Of a DNA stretch of 64,000 nt, positions 27,028 to 36,006 are shown piece after piece. The stretch covers positions 2,152 through 66,151 of the forward strand of contig CAZURK010000044.1 of assembly GCA_964623055.1 (NCBI GenBank). The letters are read 5' to 3'. The stretch is from an uncultured Pirellulaceae bacterium (GTDB lineage Bacteria; Planctomycetota; Planctomycetia; Pirellulales; Pirellulaceae). The position numbers and the translations under genes are program-made. The notes under the pieces were generated by a model. That model saw nothing but the letters and a program-made list of their open reading frames with translations, did not search any database and was not told the origin of the DNA. How positions within the stretch are numbered: position 1 is the stretch's first letter; each line of letters starts with the position of its first letter.

Positions 27028-27102
27028 CCAACGAATTTAGGGAGACGACGAATGGCAGATGTATTCGTGGACTCCTATTCGTCGTCTCCCTAAATTCGTT
27101 GG
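27028..27102. terminator. Perfect 26-bp inverted repeat (hairpin) between convergent genes; likely bidirectional terminator or a REP/MITE-like element
   Basis: CCAACGAATTTAGGGAGACGACGAAT (27028-27053) and ATTCGTCGTCTCCCTAAATTCGTTGG (27077-27102) are exact reverse complements separated by 23 nt. The hairpin lies between the stop at 27004 (+) and the stop at 27125 (-). Confidence 0.5.
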
Positions 27103-27124
27103 ATTCCGTTCTCGACTGCTACCG

Positions 27125-30100
27125 CTACTTGGCATGTGCCGCCACTTCGACCAGGTGTCGGCCGGTGTTGGCGGAGTTGTGGGGTTGGGTGATGCGGATG
27201 TAGCGAGTGGGGCGCGGGTCGAAGCGGCAGATGTAGCCTTCCGCGGTTGAAAGCTCTTTGTTGTCCAAGTGGTCGGCGACCGTGGTCCATGTCTCGCCGT
27301 CCAATGAGGTTTCGACGGTGAAGCCGTAGTGGCGCTGATCGGCGTAGTAGCCCACCACGACGACGCGCCCGATCGTTGTGGGTTGTTCCAGGTCCACCTG
27401 CCACCAAGCGGCCTTGTCCTGTGACACGTCGGTCGCCCAGAATTGATCCGTGTTTCGTGACCAGCCGTCGTTTGCCAAGTGGGCTGGGTGCGGCGGCAAT
27501 GCGTGGGAACAGGTGACGGGTTTGCCGGTGGTGAGACTGATCATGTCCGGCTCGAAGGCTCTCTCGTATTTTTTCCATAGTTTGCGGGCCACAACGACAC
27601 TGTCACCGCGCGGTTCAGTTGCGTAGGTTTCGCGCTGGTCCGACCAGGCGGCCATCCATGGCCGGAGTTTTTCGTTGAACGCCTTGCTGTCGAACGGCTC
27701 GTTGGCCTTCAACGATTGAGCCGCCTCGTCTAGGAACGGCTCCCAACGCTTGAGATAGTAGCCGCTGAGCAAGCCGGACCATTCCTTGCGCGCGTAGTCG
27801 TCAATCGCTGGACCCTCGCCCCAAAGGGTTAGCACGCGACGGGCGTTCCACTCGAATCGAGCCCGTTCGTCGTCGGTCGTGCCCCATCGTTTGGCGTCTT
27901 CCAGACAACGGCCCAGCAAGAATTCGCGACGCGTGGCCAGCAGTTCGTCCAGGTCACGGATCAGTTGCAGGAATCGCTGCGAAGCTTGTACGAACGCCTG
28001 ATGATCTTTGGCCCGGTGCGCGGCTACCACTTCGTTCTGCAGGTCGGCAGCGTGATTGCTAAGCGACTGGCGCGCAACGTTCACCAGATCGAAGCGGTAC
28101 GTATCCACGTCGCCCAAATCGTCGCCCGCCCGCAACAGAGCTTCCCACGCTTGGGCCACACGACCCGTGTGGTAGGGTGCGGCTCGGGCCGGGCTGAGCG
28201 TCGGCAGGCTACTGATTATCGAGCGTGTGCGATACGGCGCGATGTAGACCGTGTCCTTGAGAATCTGCCATGACCGCTCGGCATCCGCGTCAGATTGGCC
28301 GTAACGGTGGTGTGCGAAATCGCGAATCCACGTGTCCAAGTCGACTGGCTCGTTGCGCCAAGCCGTTTCGTACATGATGTCGTAGACCACTGGGTTGTAG
28401 CCCAATCCTTCATTGACAAAGCCCAAACCGGACAGCTTGCCGCCTTTCACGTCGCATCGGGCCAAGTGAGGATTCTGATTCGTCCGAGGCAACGAACCGC
28501 CCAGATACACGGTGCAGCCGAAGTTATGCACATTGCACCACACCCAGGGCTTTCCGAAGAACGCCTCAGTTTCGCTCCACATGGGCCGCGATTCGCAGAA
28601 CAAGTCCAGCACCAACATGCGATCGTCGGGGACGGCTCCCAGAAACGCCTTGATCCGTGGCTGCGTCCAGAACGAACGTTTGAACGAGAACGTCCAGCCC
28701 TGCAGCACCCAGACGGCTTGCGGATCGGTCTTGGCCATTCCGTCGTAGATCGCTCGGCTCAGATCGGCCAGGTCTTTCAATTCGCCGGTGGGCGGAGTCA
28801 TCTCGATAAACGTATCGGCGTCGTACAGATGATCCGTGCCGAAGCGTTTCGTCTGTTCCTCCATGAACAGGCGTGCGATCTTGGGGAACAGCGGATCGAG
28901 CGGATCGAGCAAGTTCGTTTGCCATTCGATCCAGTGAATCTGGTGTAACTTCGCGTCCGGGTACTTCTCGGCAACTGCGGCTGGTACGTGCCCAGTAAAA
29001 CCTTGCAGGATCGGAGTCATCCCCAATTGTCGCTGCCGGGCCAGAATCTGCTTCTCCAAATCCTCGTGGCGGTCGATCCAACTTTGCGGTAACGGCCCGC
29101 CCCAGCCGTCCAGGCAGCCCATCCATTGAAACGGCAAGAACGGCGGTCCGGACAGGAACTGCGAGATTTGTTCGTCCGTGATTCCAAGCTGTTTACACAC
29201 AGCCTGCCAGACCGCCTCCTGTCCGGTGACCGCTAGCGGTGCGTTGATTCCGTTCAGGGCCATCCAGTCGATTAACCTCTCCCACTGGTCCCAATCCCAC
29301 CACGGTAGCGAGTAGCCAAAGCAGCAGTAGTTCAGGAAGTAACGGTATCGCGCCCACGTCACGCGTCGCACCTTCGATTGGACCTCTGGCAGAGGATCGG
29401 GCAGATTCAATTGGGTGCCGCACCACGACACATGGCAGTGGCAGTGGTTTTCCAGGTACCAGTTCAGCCCCGTGGCCATAGCCACGCCCGTATTACCGCG
29501 AATCACGATTCGGTCGTCGCGGCTTTCGACCTCGAAGACATCTCGCCCGTGGGCTGGCGGAATCACCTCGAAAACGAACCGATCGACATATTCCGGCAGC
29601 AGTCGCTGGACCAGTGCGCGTGCGGCCACCGGCGCGTCCGGGTCCGTCCGGCCCTTCCAACTCATCGGCTTTTTGTCCAACGGGCGATAGTTCACGCCCG
29701 CCGCCTTCAGCCGCTTCAAATGATGATCCAGACGGACCTGGAATAGCTCGTAGTTGCGGTTCTCCTTGGGCGACCACACTACCTCGCTCAACGCACAAGC
29801 GCGAGGGAACGCCATGTACTGCAGGTGTTTCGCATCGGGGATATATTCTCGCCAATGCTGAGCTTGCGCACCGAGCACGTGTTTCGCCTGCTCGGCCGAG
29901 AGTGCGGCGGGGATTGGTTCGTACCCATACACCTTCTCCAGCGGGAGATTTCCGCCGATTGCGAGAGGTTCGGATTCGGCGGGTCCCTGATAGTAGTCGA
30001 AATACGTGTGCGACGTGGGGGCCATGATCACGTCGTGGCCGGCCTGCGCGGCTGTGATGCCGCCTTTCTCGCCACGCCAGCTCATTACCACGGCCCCCGG

Positions 30101-31330
30101 CGCAAGACCGCCTTCGAGAATCTCGTCCCAACCGACCAGTCGGCGGCCGTGTTCGGTCAGAAACGCGTCGATCTGCCGAGTGAACCAGGCCTGAAGCTCC
30201 GCCTCGTCCTTAAGCTTCAGATCGCGGATCATCTGTTGGATTTCGTCGCTGGCTTTCCATTGCGTCTTGTGTGCCTCGTCGCCACCGATGTGGATGTAGC
30301 GACTAGGGAACATATCCATGACTTCCGTCAACACGTCTTTGCAGAACTCAATCGTCTGCGGTCGCGGTGCGAGGATATCGTCACTGATGCCCCAGTGTGT
30401 CCACGGCTTGATACCCTTCTGTTTCTCGGGAAAGACTCCCAGATGTGGATAGGAGGCGATTGCTGCTCGTGCGTGACCGGGCATCTCGATCTCGGGCATG
30501 ATCGTGATGTGTCGATCCGCCGCGTACTGGACGATCTCGCGCATGTCGTCCTGCGTGTAGAAACCGCCGTGGCGTTTGCCGTCGAACTGCCACGGCTTGT
30601 CTCTGTAGTGGCCGATCAACGTTTCGTCACGCCACGCACCAATTTCGGTCAGCCGCGGATATTTCTTGATCTCGATTCGCCAGCCCTGATCGTCGGTCAG
30701 GTGAAGCTGCAAACGGTTGAACTTGTGCAGCGCCATCGCGTCGATGAACCGCAGCATGTCCGCCTTGGGAAGGAAATGCCGCGCCGGATCAAGCAACAGC
30801 CCGCGCCAGGCGAACCTCGGAAAATCGATAATCCGAACGCAGGGAACAACCCAGTCGACGCCCTCGGCCTTCGCCTTGCCAAACGCTTGCGGTGGCAGCA
30901 ACTGACGCAGCGTCTGGCCGCCATAGAACAACCCGGGAGATCCGGCGGCATGGATTTCAATCCGTCTTGTCGTGACATCCAGTATGTAGCCCTCTTTCCC
31001 GAGCTTCTCCTTCAACGATTCGTCCAAGGTCAGCGTGACAAAGCTATCGGCGTTTGACGCCGTCTCCAACGTCTCCGAACGGAAGCCCATCGCCGGTGCC
31101 AATGCATCGACAAGCTTCAAAGCTTCTGCCTTTGCTTCACCAACAGCCACTACCTCGGTTGTCGAAGAGAGCTGGAAGACGCCCTGTTTCATTTCCAGCG
31201 TAACAGGCTGTGGGATCACCAATGGCATTGACTGGGGAGTGCTCGCCGTGTCGCCATGTACCGGCATTGCCACCAAGCAACCGAGAGCGGTAGACCGTAC
31301 GATAACTGATACAGCAATCTTCTTTGTCAT
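27125..31330 (-). CDS. Multidomain glycosidase: GH20 beta-N-acetylhexosaminidase + GH89 alpha-N-acetylglucosaminidase (NAGLU-like) + F5/8 type C (CBM32-like) domain
   Basis: GH20 motifs are FAWRGLLLDPARHF, LHLTDDQGWRIEIKKYP and IHIGGDEA. For GH89, AARALVQRLLPE...IVIRGNTGVAMATGLNWYLENHCHCHVSWCGTQLNLPDPLPEV parallels human NAGLU, [40 protein letters not shown]. The C-terminal 138 aa, NDGWSRNTDQFWATD...WWQVDLEQPTTIGRVVV, is discoidin-like. Confidence 0.9.
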   Translation of the reverse strand: MTKKIAVSVIVRSTALGCLVAMPVHGDTASTPQSMPLVIPQPVTLEMKQGVFQLSSTTEVVAVGEAKAEALKLVDALAPAMGFRSETLETASNADSFVTLTLDESLKEKLGKEGYILDVTTRRIEIHAAGSPGLFYGGQTLRQLLPPQAFGKAKAEGVDWVVPCVRIIDFPRFAWRGLLLDPARHFLPKADMLRFIDAMALHKFNRLQLHLTDDQGWRIEIKKYPRLTEIGAWRDETLIGHYRDKPWQFDGKRHGGFYTQDDMREIVQYAADRHITIMPEIEMPGHARAAIASYPHLGVFPEKQKGIKPWTHWGISDDILAPRPQTIEFCKDVLTEVMDMFPSRYIHIGGDEAHKTQWKASDEIQQMIRDLKLKDEAELQAWFTRQIDAFLTEHGRRLVGWDEILEGGLAPGAVVMSWRGEKGGITAAQAGHDVIMAPTSHTYFDYYQGPAESEPLAIGGNLPLEKVYGYEPIPAALSAEQAKHVLGAQAQHWREYIPDAKHLQYMAFPRACALSEVVWSPKENRNYELFQVRLDHHLKRLKAAGVNYRPLDKKPMSWKGRTDPDAPVAARALVQRLLPEYVDRFVFEVIPPAHGRDVFEVESRDDRIVIRGNTGVAMATGLNWYLENHCHCHVSWCGTQLNLPDPLPEVQSKVRRVTWARYRYFLNYCCFGYSLPWWDWDQWERLIDWMALNGINAPLAVTGQEAVWQAVCKQLGITDEQISQFLSGPPFLPFQWMGCLDGWGGPLPQSWIDRHEDLEKQILARQRQLGMTPILQGFTGHVPAAVAEKYPDAKLHQIHWIEWQTNLLDPLDPLFPKIARLFMEEQTKRFGTDHLYDADTFIEMTPPTGELKDLADLSRAIYDGMAKTDPQAVWVLQGWTFSFKRSFWTQPRIKAFLGAVPDDRMLVLDLFCESRPMWSETEAFFGKPWVWCNVHNFGCTVYLGGSLPRTNQNPHLARCDVKGGKLSGLGFVNEGLGYNPVVYDIMYETAWRNEPVDLDTWIRDFAHHRYGQSDADAERSWQILKDTVYIAPYRTRSIISSLPTLSPARAAPYHTGRVAQAWEALLRAGDDLGDVDTYRFDLVNVARQSLSNHAADLQNEVVAAHRAKDHQAFVQASQRFLQLIRDLDELLATRREFLLGRCLEDAKRWGTTDDERARFEWNARRVLTLWGEGPAIDDYARKEWSGLLSGYYLKRWEPFLDEAAQSLKANEPFDSKAFNEKLRPWMAAWSDQRETYATEPRGDSVVVARKLWKKYERAFEPDMISLTTGKPVTCSHALPPHPAHLANDGWSRNTDQFWATDVSQDKAAWWQVDLEQPTTIGRVVVVGYYADQRHYGFTVETSLDGETWTTVADHLDNKELSTAEGYICRFDPRPTRYIRITQPHNSANTGRHLVEVAAHAK

Positions 31331-31613
31331 AGTTCACCTCGACGGGTTGCCGACAAGCAGCCAATTCAAAGACGTTTGTTCACAAGAGGTCTTGTTGATT
31401 CCGTCAGACCCGTACGCGATTATACCGAAACCGTGTGATGATTTGGTGCCAATACGCGGCTATTTCGAACGGTTGCGCTTTACAGGTGTCGTTGTCCCGG
31501 GGGAGAATTACCGTGTTGGGTACAACGATCGCTCGCAGGCGATCATATACGATCGGTTCCCGGTAACTGCGAGATGACTCGATACCACTGCCACGTGAGA
31601 ACGGAGCGGACCC

Positions 31614-33821
31614 ATGAGATCCTTATTCGTTTGGCTGACACCCTGCGTTCTGGTAGTGTCCGTCCATGCGCAGGAACGCTTCAGCGCGCCGTACAAGTTA
31701 GAGGACGTGAAGTACATCGACCGTTTTGTCGGCTCGAAAGCAGAAAAGGAGTTGTTGGCGAAGCAGGGATTCGTGGTTACCCGCCAGCATTTCACGCAGA
31801 TATTCGCCGCGTACCTCAAGCTTGCGCAAAGCGAACCCTGGTTGCCGAACTACGTCACGGTGGACAGCGCATGGCATGCGTATCATGTGCTTCTGGAAGA
31901 GGGTATCCGTCAGTTGGAGGAGCATCAGGCAGCGGTCCTTCGACGATTCTCGGCGCGGCTACTGGAGGCGACTCTGGAGAAGAGCCGGGGGTCGGGAGAC
32001 TTGTATTGGGACTTGGCCGCATTCGCCGCCGTCGGATTGGCGTTGCAGGATTCGGACTCCGTCTCGACGCGGGAGCCGAACTTGCGCAAGGTCGTTTCCG
32101 GAATCACCGACGCGATCGAATCCGGAGACGGACCGGCGCGAGTGTTGTTTTTCGGGCTTCCGATCGCTCCAGCACACTTTCGTGCGGCGAGTTTCTACAC
32201 AAAGAGTCCCAGACTTCGCGCCTACTTCGTTGCGCGACAGTGGTACGCGAAGTGCGTCTTCCGCCTCAAGTCGCCTGCCGAGACGGAACGGGCGGTGCAC
32301 CTGGCGCTGCTGATCGACGGAGACGAGAAGTTGAAGACACTTCACGATCAGCTTTGTGAGCCCTACGACCTATTGCTCGGCCCTCCGGACGATGCGGGCG
32401 TGACGGAGTACGTGGAGCTGGCGCGAGATTCCATTGGACCGGAACCTCGCGCAGACCAGATCTCGAAGGTCTTGGACACGTTCCGCCAGAGGGCTTCGCA
32501 CCTGCCCGACCCGAAGCTCAACGACCAACTCTTACCGCCGGAGCAGTACGCGAGGTTTGCCGAAGAAACCAGAGGATTCCGCCTGCTGCCGGCGCGACGA
32601 TGTCCTTCGGCAGTATTATTCCACAGGACCTCCGACCCGATGATCCCGGGCCGAATACTACCCTCCGGCGTCGATTTCTTCGCTGTTGGACCGTTGGCAT
32701 GTGAAGCGGCTCGCCGCGCTTTGCGGGCATCGGTGGAAGAGGAAGGCGTTTACGATGCAATCATACGTGCGGAAGCCGAACCGCTCCCCGACAGTCTTCA
32801 CGGTAAAGCGTTGGAACTACTGAAACTGCTACAGCAGCCGCTGCCAAGAACCGCCCCAGCCCCATTGCGGACTGTTGCCTGGCAGGACAAGCAGCTTTGG
32901 ACCGCGCTGGGCGCATGGGCCGAACAACGCCACACATGGGCCGCGCAATTGAAGCTCAGCGTACTGGTCCTCGACGGGGACAAACAGCCACCGGGGTACG
33001 TGTCGCCGTATCCGAAATTCTTCAAAGAGCTAGGAGAACTCGCCCGCCAGACGGTGGCAATGCTTGAGAATTATCGTTTTGAGCCCCATGCCGAGGTCGC
33101 CGGCCAAGAGATTCTGGATGTCTTGGGCCAATCCAAAGACCTGATCAAGCGGGCTGAAGCGGGACAGCCGTACGAACGCGGGGTCCTGGAGTCGATGTTA
33201 CAACCGCTCCGCAATCTGCACGGCACCTACTGTCGCCGAACCGGGACGCGCGATCAAACTGACCAACGGGAATGGCTGCGTGGCGCCGGAACCTTGGAAC
33301 GACTTGCCCGGAGATGGATCGAAGGGAAAGACCTTGGCGCGGTCGACCGGGAGTTGATCCGGCTATGGGCGACGCCGGAAGGACGTGATCCCATAAAGCT
33401 GCTGCCCCAATTTGCCGACACATGCGATCGGCTGGCTGAGATCGCCCGGAAGCAGTTGGATGGCCAGCCGCTCGACGCCGAGGACGCCGAATTCATCCAA
33501 TACTATGGCCAGACGCTCGCCCGATTCCACTTCTACGACGACCACGCCTGGCTGTTTCCCCAAGACGATTTCCCGCTGGTGACACCGGTTGTTGTCAGCC
33601 CCATAACCGGCCAGATCCTCTACGCCGGTCTCAGCCGGCCCGAGGCGCTGTACGTGATCTTGGACGTGGACGGCCATCCGGTACTGCACCGCGGCGCCGT
33701 CCTCTCCTATCGCGAGTTCCCAAGGCCGCTGAACGAACTCTTGGACGACGACTCGTGGACCAAAGATGTAAAGGCCGGGAAAGCCCCTCCGCCGCCAGCG
33801 TTCACATCTTCTTTTCGATGA
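31614..33821 (+). CDS. Hypothetical secreted protein (possibly DUF3160-like)
   Basis: Signal peptide MRSLFVWLTPCVLVVSVHA. GFVVTRQHFTQIF...PNYVTVDSAWHAYHVLLEE resembles the N-terminal pattern I associate with DUF3160 proteins, but this family call is weak. Confidence 0.5.
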   Translation: MRSLFVWLTPCVLVVSVHAQERFSAPYKLEDVKYIDRFVGSKAEKELLAKQGFVVTRQHFTQIFAAYLKLAQSEPWLPNYVTVDSAWHAYHVLLEEGIRQLEEHQAAVLRRFSARLLEATLEKSRGSGDLYWDLAAFAAVGLALQDSDSVSTREPNLRKVVSGITDAIESGDGPARVLFFGLPIAPAHFRAASFYTKSPRLRAYFVARQWYAKCVFRLKSPAETERAVHLALLIDGDEKLKTLHDQLCEPYDLLLGPPDDAGVTEYVELARDSIGPEPRADQISKVLDTFRQRASHLPDPKLNDQLLPPEQYARFAEETRGFRLLPARRCPSAVLFHRTSDPMIPGRILPSGVDFFAVGPLACEAARRALRASVEEEGVYDAIIRAEAEPLPDSLHGKALELLKLLQQPLPRTAPAPLRTVAWQDKQLWTALGAWAEQRHTWAAQLKLSVLVLDGDKQPPGYVSPYPKFFKELGELARQTVAMLENYRFEPHAEVAGQEILDVLGQSKDLIKRAEAGQPYERGVLESMLQPLRNLHGTYCRRTGTRDQTDQREWLRGAGTLERLARRWIEGKDLGAVDRELIRLWATPEGRDPIKLLPQFADTCDRLAEIARKQLDGQPLDAEDAEFIQYYGQTLARFHFYDDHAWLFPQDDFPLVTPVVVSPITGQILYAGLSRPEALYVILDVDGHPVLHRGAVLSYREFPRPLNELLDDDSWTKDVKAGKAPPPPAFTSSFR

Positions 33822-33822
33822 G

Positions 33823-34878
33823 TCATCCGCTTGGCATCATGGCTATTCCTTGTGCCAGGAGGCAGACACCGGCGATCAGCAGGGCGATGCCCAGGATGAT
33901 CCAGATGATGCTCTCGCGGCTGGCGCCTTTCCATTCGTGCGTGCGGAAGCCGTGGAAGTTACCGACGATGATAGCGAACGACATGAAGACTGGGTAACCG
34001 ACTGAGACTCCAAGGTCGCCCACATTCAGCGCACCTAGCCCGAAAAAGAAAATCGCTGCGTCGTGCAACACGGCCATGATGGCGGCCAACAGCAGGATTC
34101 GGCCCACGCCGGGTCTGGAAAGGCGTCCCCAGGTCCTGTTCCTGGTCAGTTGGACGGCACAGTACAGGCAGGATGAAACGGCTCCGCCCCAGAGGATCAT
34201 GGCCGTTACGGCCCATGCCGCTGCCCACTTGGGATTGCTCAATTCGGCCTGATCGCCGATCGGACCTGCGAAGCGCACCGCCACTGCGTAACAGGCGCAG
34301 AGGACACCAGAAACGACGGCGATCACAAGCCCGATGAGTATTTTGGGCTGCTTCGTGGCCGAAGAATCGGCCTTGTCCGAGTCAAAGCCATCTTCCTTGA
34401 GGCTGCGGTCTTTCAGAATGCCAGCCCGTCCGGAAACGGTCACGCCGATCAGACAGACTGCCACGCCGGCCAAGAACAGGCAACCGTGGGACGTGAGAAT
34501 CTGATGCGCGTCGAACAGCAGCATGGGGATCAGGAAACCGAACGCCATTTGCGCCCCGTAGTTCAAAGCGTAAGCCAGAGAGAGTCCAATAAAGGAGAAA
34601 CTCATCCCCAGCGTCATCGACCCCAGCCCCCAGAGCAGCCCGAAAACCAATACGGGGATGATCGTAGACGTGCCGACGCGAGAGTAGACGCCGCCCAGAT
34701 CGTTGACCACCAGCGGAGCCACCACGACGGGAATCAGAATCGTCACGAAGAAGAAGAACGGACCCCAAAGCACCTCCCAAGGCGTGTCCTTCTTGACGAA
34801 TTTGCTGGGCAACCCGAAAGAGCCTCCGCAAATCGCTCCGATGATCAAAAACCCAAATCCCAGCACTTGTTCATGCAT
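33823..34878 (-). CDS. RhaT-family sugar:proton symporter (L-rhamnose transporter-like)
   Basis: AGGAGG RBS lies before the ATG at 34878. The product has ~10 TM helices. Segments match E. coli RhaT: FGLLWGLGSMTLGMSFSFIG versus [20 protein letters not shown], and GVTVSGRAGILKDR versus GVGIVTRAGQLKER. Confidence 0.8.
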   Translation of the reverse strand: MHEQVLGFGFLIIGAICGGSFGLPSKFVKKDTPWEVLWGPFFFFVTILIPVVVAPLVVNDLGGVYSRVGTSTIIPVLVFGLLWGLGSMTLGMSFSFIGLSLAYALNYGAQMAFGFLIPMLLFDAHQILTSHGCLFLAGVAVCLIGVTVSGRAGILKDRSLKEDGFDSDKADSSATKQPKILIGLVIAVVSGVLCACYAVAVRFAGPIGDQAELSNPKWAAAWAVTAMILWGGAVSSCLYCAVQLTRNRTWGRLSRPGVGRILLLAAIMAVLHDAAIFFFGLGALNVGDLGVSVGYPVFMSFAIIVGNFHGFRTHEWKGASRESIIWIILGIALLIAGVCLLAQGIAMMPSG

Positions 34879-35869
34879 GGTTCCCCTCCTGCTTAGCCCT
34901 TTGTTGGCCGGTTTGGAGTTCTTCGAGATATGATCTGTATAACGCAACCGCTTGGTCGTCCGAGATCATCCGCCCAACAACTAGCCGCGCCCGCGCCGTG
35001 CTGGCTTGATTGGCCTGCAAATCGCGACCGAACAGGGACAGGTAGAGCGAACGATGACTCTCCTCGCCGTAGGGCGTTGCCACGGCAAAGCAGTCTTCCG
35101 CCGGCGCCATCACCAGACCAGCTAGGCCGGTTTCCGTATCGCGTCGCATGGCCAGCGGCGCGGCAAGGCGGGGCATGATTTTCCATTCGACCGGGCTTGG
35201 CGGCCGTCGCCAGCGGCCGTCATGGATGATCTCGACCGCTTTGTCGTCGCGGGGGAACATCTGCCACTTGGCGTATGATTCCTTGGCCTCCAGAAAGCCC
35301 GGCATGCCATTCGTTTCGGGGCAACCATCGACATAGACCAACGACTTCGCAAAGCCCTGGAAATACGAAGACAGGAACACCTCGAATCGCTTGAGGTCCT
35401 TCTGCGGAACCACAGTGGTCGTGACATCGAGCGTATTGCGAGCCGCCCAACGGTGGACTGCCTTCATGTCAAAGGGATGCTCGTCGTCCGCCGACCACCG
35501 TACTTCGGACGCTCCGCAGGGAAGCACCCGCGCCTGGCTGGCCCAGTCCCACGCGGCATGCCCGTATCGGGCCCGGTCGTCTAGGAGCCGGTAGTGGGAA
35601 AACAATCCGTAAGCGCGAGCAATCGCCGTTCCAGATGTGGAGTCCACCAAGGACGTCAATCCGAGCGATCGGCCCTGAGACCGCAGCGTTCCTCGAAGAG
35701 CACCGGTATCGAAGTGATATTCTCTCCCCTGTGCTGTGAAAGTCAGGCTGGCCTCAGCTATCTCTTTCGGTTTCGATTCTGCGGCCGGTAGATATCGACT
35801 GTGGCATAATGCCAGGCTTGCCGCCGCAGTCGTGCCGAGAAAACGTCGTCGGTTCAGGTGCTTGTTCAT
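34871..35869 (-). CDS. Hypothetical TAT-exported protein
   Basis: The internal start MNKHLNRRRFLGTTAAASLAL carries a twin-arginine signal. No family was recognised. The upstream 52 codons of the track ORF run through a REP-like palindrome and are rejected. Confidence 0.6.
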   Translation of the reverse strand: MNKHLNRRRFLGTTAAASLALCHSRYLPAAESKPKEIAEASLTFTAQGREYHFDTGALRGTLRSQGRSLGLTSLVDSTSGTAIARAYGLFSHYRLLDDRARYGHAAWDWASQARVLPCGASEVRWSADDEHPFDMKAVHRWAARNTLDVTTTVVPQKDLKRFEVFLSSYFQGFAKSLVYVDGCPETNGMPGFLEAKESYAKWQMFPRDDKAVEIIHDGRWRRPPSPVEWKIMPRLAAPLAMRRDTETGLAGLVMAPAEDCFAVATPYGEESHRSLYLSLFGRDLQANQASTARARLVVGRMISDDQAVALYRSYLEELQTGQQRAKQEGNHA

Positions 35870-35911
35870 GGTGCGCCTTCTCTCGTTGTCTGTTGAGTGT
35901 GACGGGAACAC

Positions 35912-35982
35912 GGGAGGGCGAAGCTCCTGCTGAGCCGGCTCCCCCGTGCAAATATCCGGCTCGGCCGGAGCCTCGCCCTCCC
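35912..35982. repeat. GC-rich imperfect palindromic (REP-like) element in an intergenic spacer
   Basis: The outer arms are GGGAGGGCGAAGCTCC (35912-35927) and GGAGCCTCGCCCTCCC (35967-35982). The inner arms are GAGCCGG and CCGGCTC. It translates to the EAPAEP/RPP/SAGASPSR-type junk peptides commonly seen in spurious ORFs. Confidence 0.5.
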
Positions 35983-36006
35983 ATCGGCTTTCTCTGCCCC
36001 CCTGTT

